A DNA stretch of 64,000 bases. It comes from a virus. Shown here piece by piece: positions 62,541 to 64,000 of the stretch (position 1 is the first letter of the stretch; each line of letters begins with the position of its first letter). The notes beneath the pieces are model-generated. The model was not told the origin of the DNA, made no database searches, and saw only the letters and a list, made by a program, of their open reading frames with translations. The DNA lies in the IMG/VR virus record IMGVR_UViG_3300011113_000747, positions 1 through 64,000 of that record. The stretch is one strand, 5' to 3'. Both the position numbers and the translations under genes were made by a program.

Positions 62541-63959
62541 TTATTGATTGAGAGTTATACCAACACTCGTTCTTGTTGGATCAATTGACATATTAATAAT
62601 AAAGCCAGTGCTAAACATTTCGAAAAATCTAGGAATTTCACTATTTAAATTACCTTCACCTGTAAATACAACTGGGTAAAACTTTTTAGTTTCATCATTC
62701 GTGAATACAATACCATTGAACAATTTATCATTATGGTAACACGCTAAATGAATAGCAGCAATCAAAGGTCTTAACTTTGTGGAAACTGGATCTAAAAATT
62801 CCTGATAATTATCAGGTGTTACAACATTTTTAATACCCACTGTTAAATCATCAATATTAGCGCCTTTATAATTTCTTGTATTAACAAAACCATTAATAAT
62901 ATCATCATAAGATAGATTATTATCTTTCATAAAGAATGTAGCTATACTAGTAGAAAACGACATGTTTTTTCCTTTAATTTTAGAAACTTTATTATAGCTC
63001 GTCTCAATAGTTTTTATTACACTTTGTTTAACTTTTTGATCTCTAGCAGGGTTAGGATCAAAAACAACAGAACTAATCACATTTTTTATTTCTTCTATAT
63101 TATCAGTATCTTTAATTGATTTTGAAATTTTTGCTCCATGCGCAGCCCATCTAAGCTTACCAATAACGTTGCTGACAGAATTTATTACTTTCTGTTTAAC
63201 CGCTTGAAGACTTTTAAGACCTAAATCCGCAGAATTATTACTTAAAATTTCTTCTAATTTTTTAGGAGTTTGTAAAGTATAACCATCACCACCTAACCTA
63301 GCACCTGTACCTTTAACTTCATATTCACCAAACCCTGGAAAATCTAAATCACCCACGTCGCCTTTTTTGGCATCGGAAATTAACGTACTAATTAATTCAC
63401 CTTTACCCACACTGACTGTATTTACAAGAAACTTAACATTATAAAGTCTTTCGAATGCATCTTTTGCATCCTCAGGCATTTCAAATAAATCTATAAACTC
63501 ACTAGGTAATGTATTATACCAACTTTTAACACCTTTTGATAATAACATATTTCGAAATGGTGTATTAGGTGAACCTTGTAGTTTAGTAAATTTGGAAATA
63601 GTTTCGTTGTTTATTTTTAAATCATAGGACTTTAAAATATACATTACAGGGTTTAATACATCTGTAGTATAAGCAGAATTACCTTCATACCACCCTTTAG
63701 TCTGTAAAATATTATCAATAATTGTTTCGAAAGACCCACCACCAGCACCTTCAAATTTTTTATTTGTATTAATTTCTCTCTTTACCTTTTTAACAAAGTC
63801 ATCTGTAACAGGTTCGTTAATGATGGTCTCACCATTTTTTAAAACTGTAAGTTGAGCATCTTCTCTTATAACCTTGTAGATATCTTGCAAAGTTTTTGTC
63901 TGTTTGTGTTTTTTTCTATTACAAACCTGTTCATATAGTTTTGTTAAATTATAGTCCAT
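62541..63959 (-). CDS. Large protein with possible PD-(D/E)xK motif (start 63959)
   Basis: GKGEL...GDL...EYEVKG; leader MDYNLTKLYEQ. Confidence 0.6.
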   Translation of the reverse strand: MDYNLTKLYEQVCNRKKHKQTKTLQDIYKVIREDAQLTVLKNGETIINEPVTDDFVKKVKREINTNKKFEGAGGGSFETIIDNILQTKGWYEGNSAYTTDVLNPVMYILKSYDLKINNETISKFTKLQGSPNTPFRNMLLSKGVKSWYNTLPSEFIDLFEMPEDAKDAFERLYNVKFLVNTVSVGKGELISTLISDAKKGDVGDLDFPGFGEYEVKGTGARLGGDGYTLQTPKKLEEILSNNSADLGLKSLQAVKQKVINSVSNVIGKLRWAAHGAKISKSIKDTDNIEEIKNVISSVVFDPNPARDQKVKQSVIKTIETSYNKVSKIKGKNMSFSTSIATFFMKDNNLSYDDIINGFVNTRNYKGANIDDLTVGIKNVVTPDNYQEFLDPVSTKLRPLIAAIHLACYHNDKLFNGIVFTNDETKKFYPVVFTGEGNLNSEIPRFFEMFSTGFIINMSIDPTRTSVGITLNQ

Positions 63960-64000
63960 ATGTATTATTAATTGCAATTATAGTCCATACTTATTATCGA

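Noticed and set aside
1-64000. Stop-codon reassignment
   Set aside because: Core genes are intact in code 11, all three stops are used, and no CTA, TTA or TCA anticodon tRNA was found

Overview
This 64 kb window is part of a large, AT-rich T4-superfamily myophage genome read in standard code 11; the host cannot be determined from the window. From left to right it contains six blocks. (1) An early region (1-7.2 kb) of about 26 mini-genes, 24 of them preceded by a GGAA-N6-TATAAT-N6-ATG motif that implies leaderless mRNAs. Inside it is a block of genes whose sense strand has no cytosine at all (300 nt and 554 nt runs). (2) A late module of small proteins sharing an N-terminal capsid-targeting-like peptide, duplicated at DNA level. 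(3) Nucleotide metabolism genes (nrdAB, guaC, PRTase, thyX, phoH) and a 7-deazaguanine pathway (folE, queD, queE, queF, TGT/DpdA-like, with an adjacent GNAT). (4) T4-like head and tail genes (gp23, 22, 21, 4, 13, 20, 15, split gp5). (5) A glycosyltransferase/glf cluster. (6) An array of 37 tRNA genes covering all 20 amino acids, plus tmRNA and several unassigned structured RNAs. The strongest leads are the C-less early genes, two tRNAs (Tyr, Arg) whose D-loop appears relocated into the variable region, a systematic swap of long and short variable arms across the tRNA set, and the repeat-linked capsid-cargo cassette array. All functional assignments come from motif recognition by eye; no searches were run.
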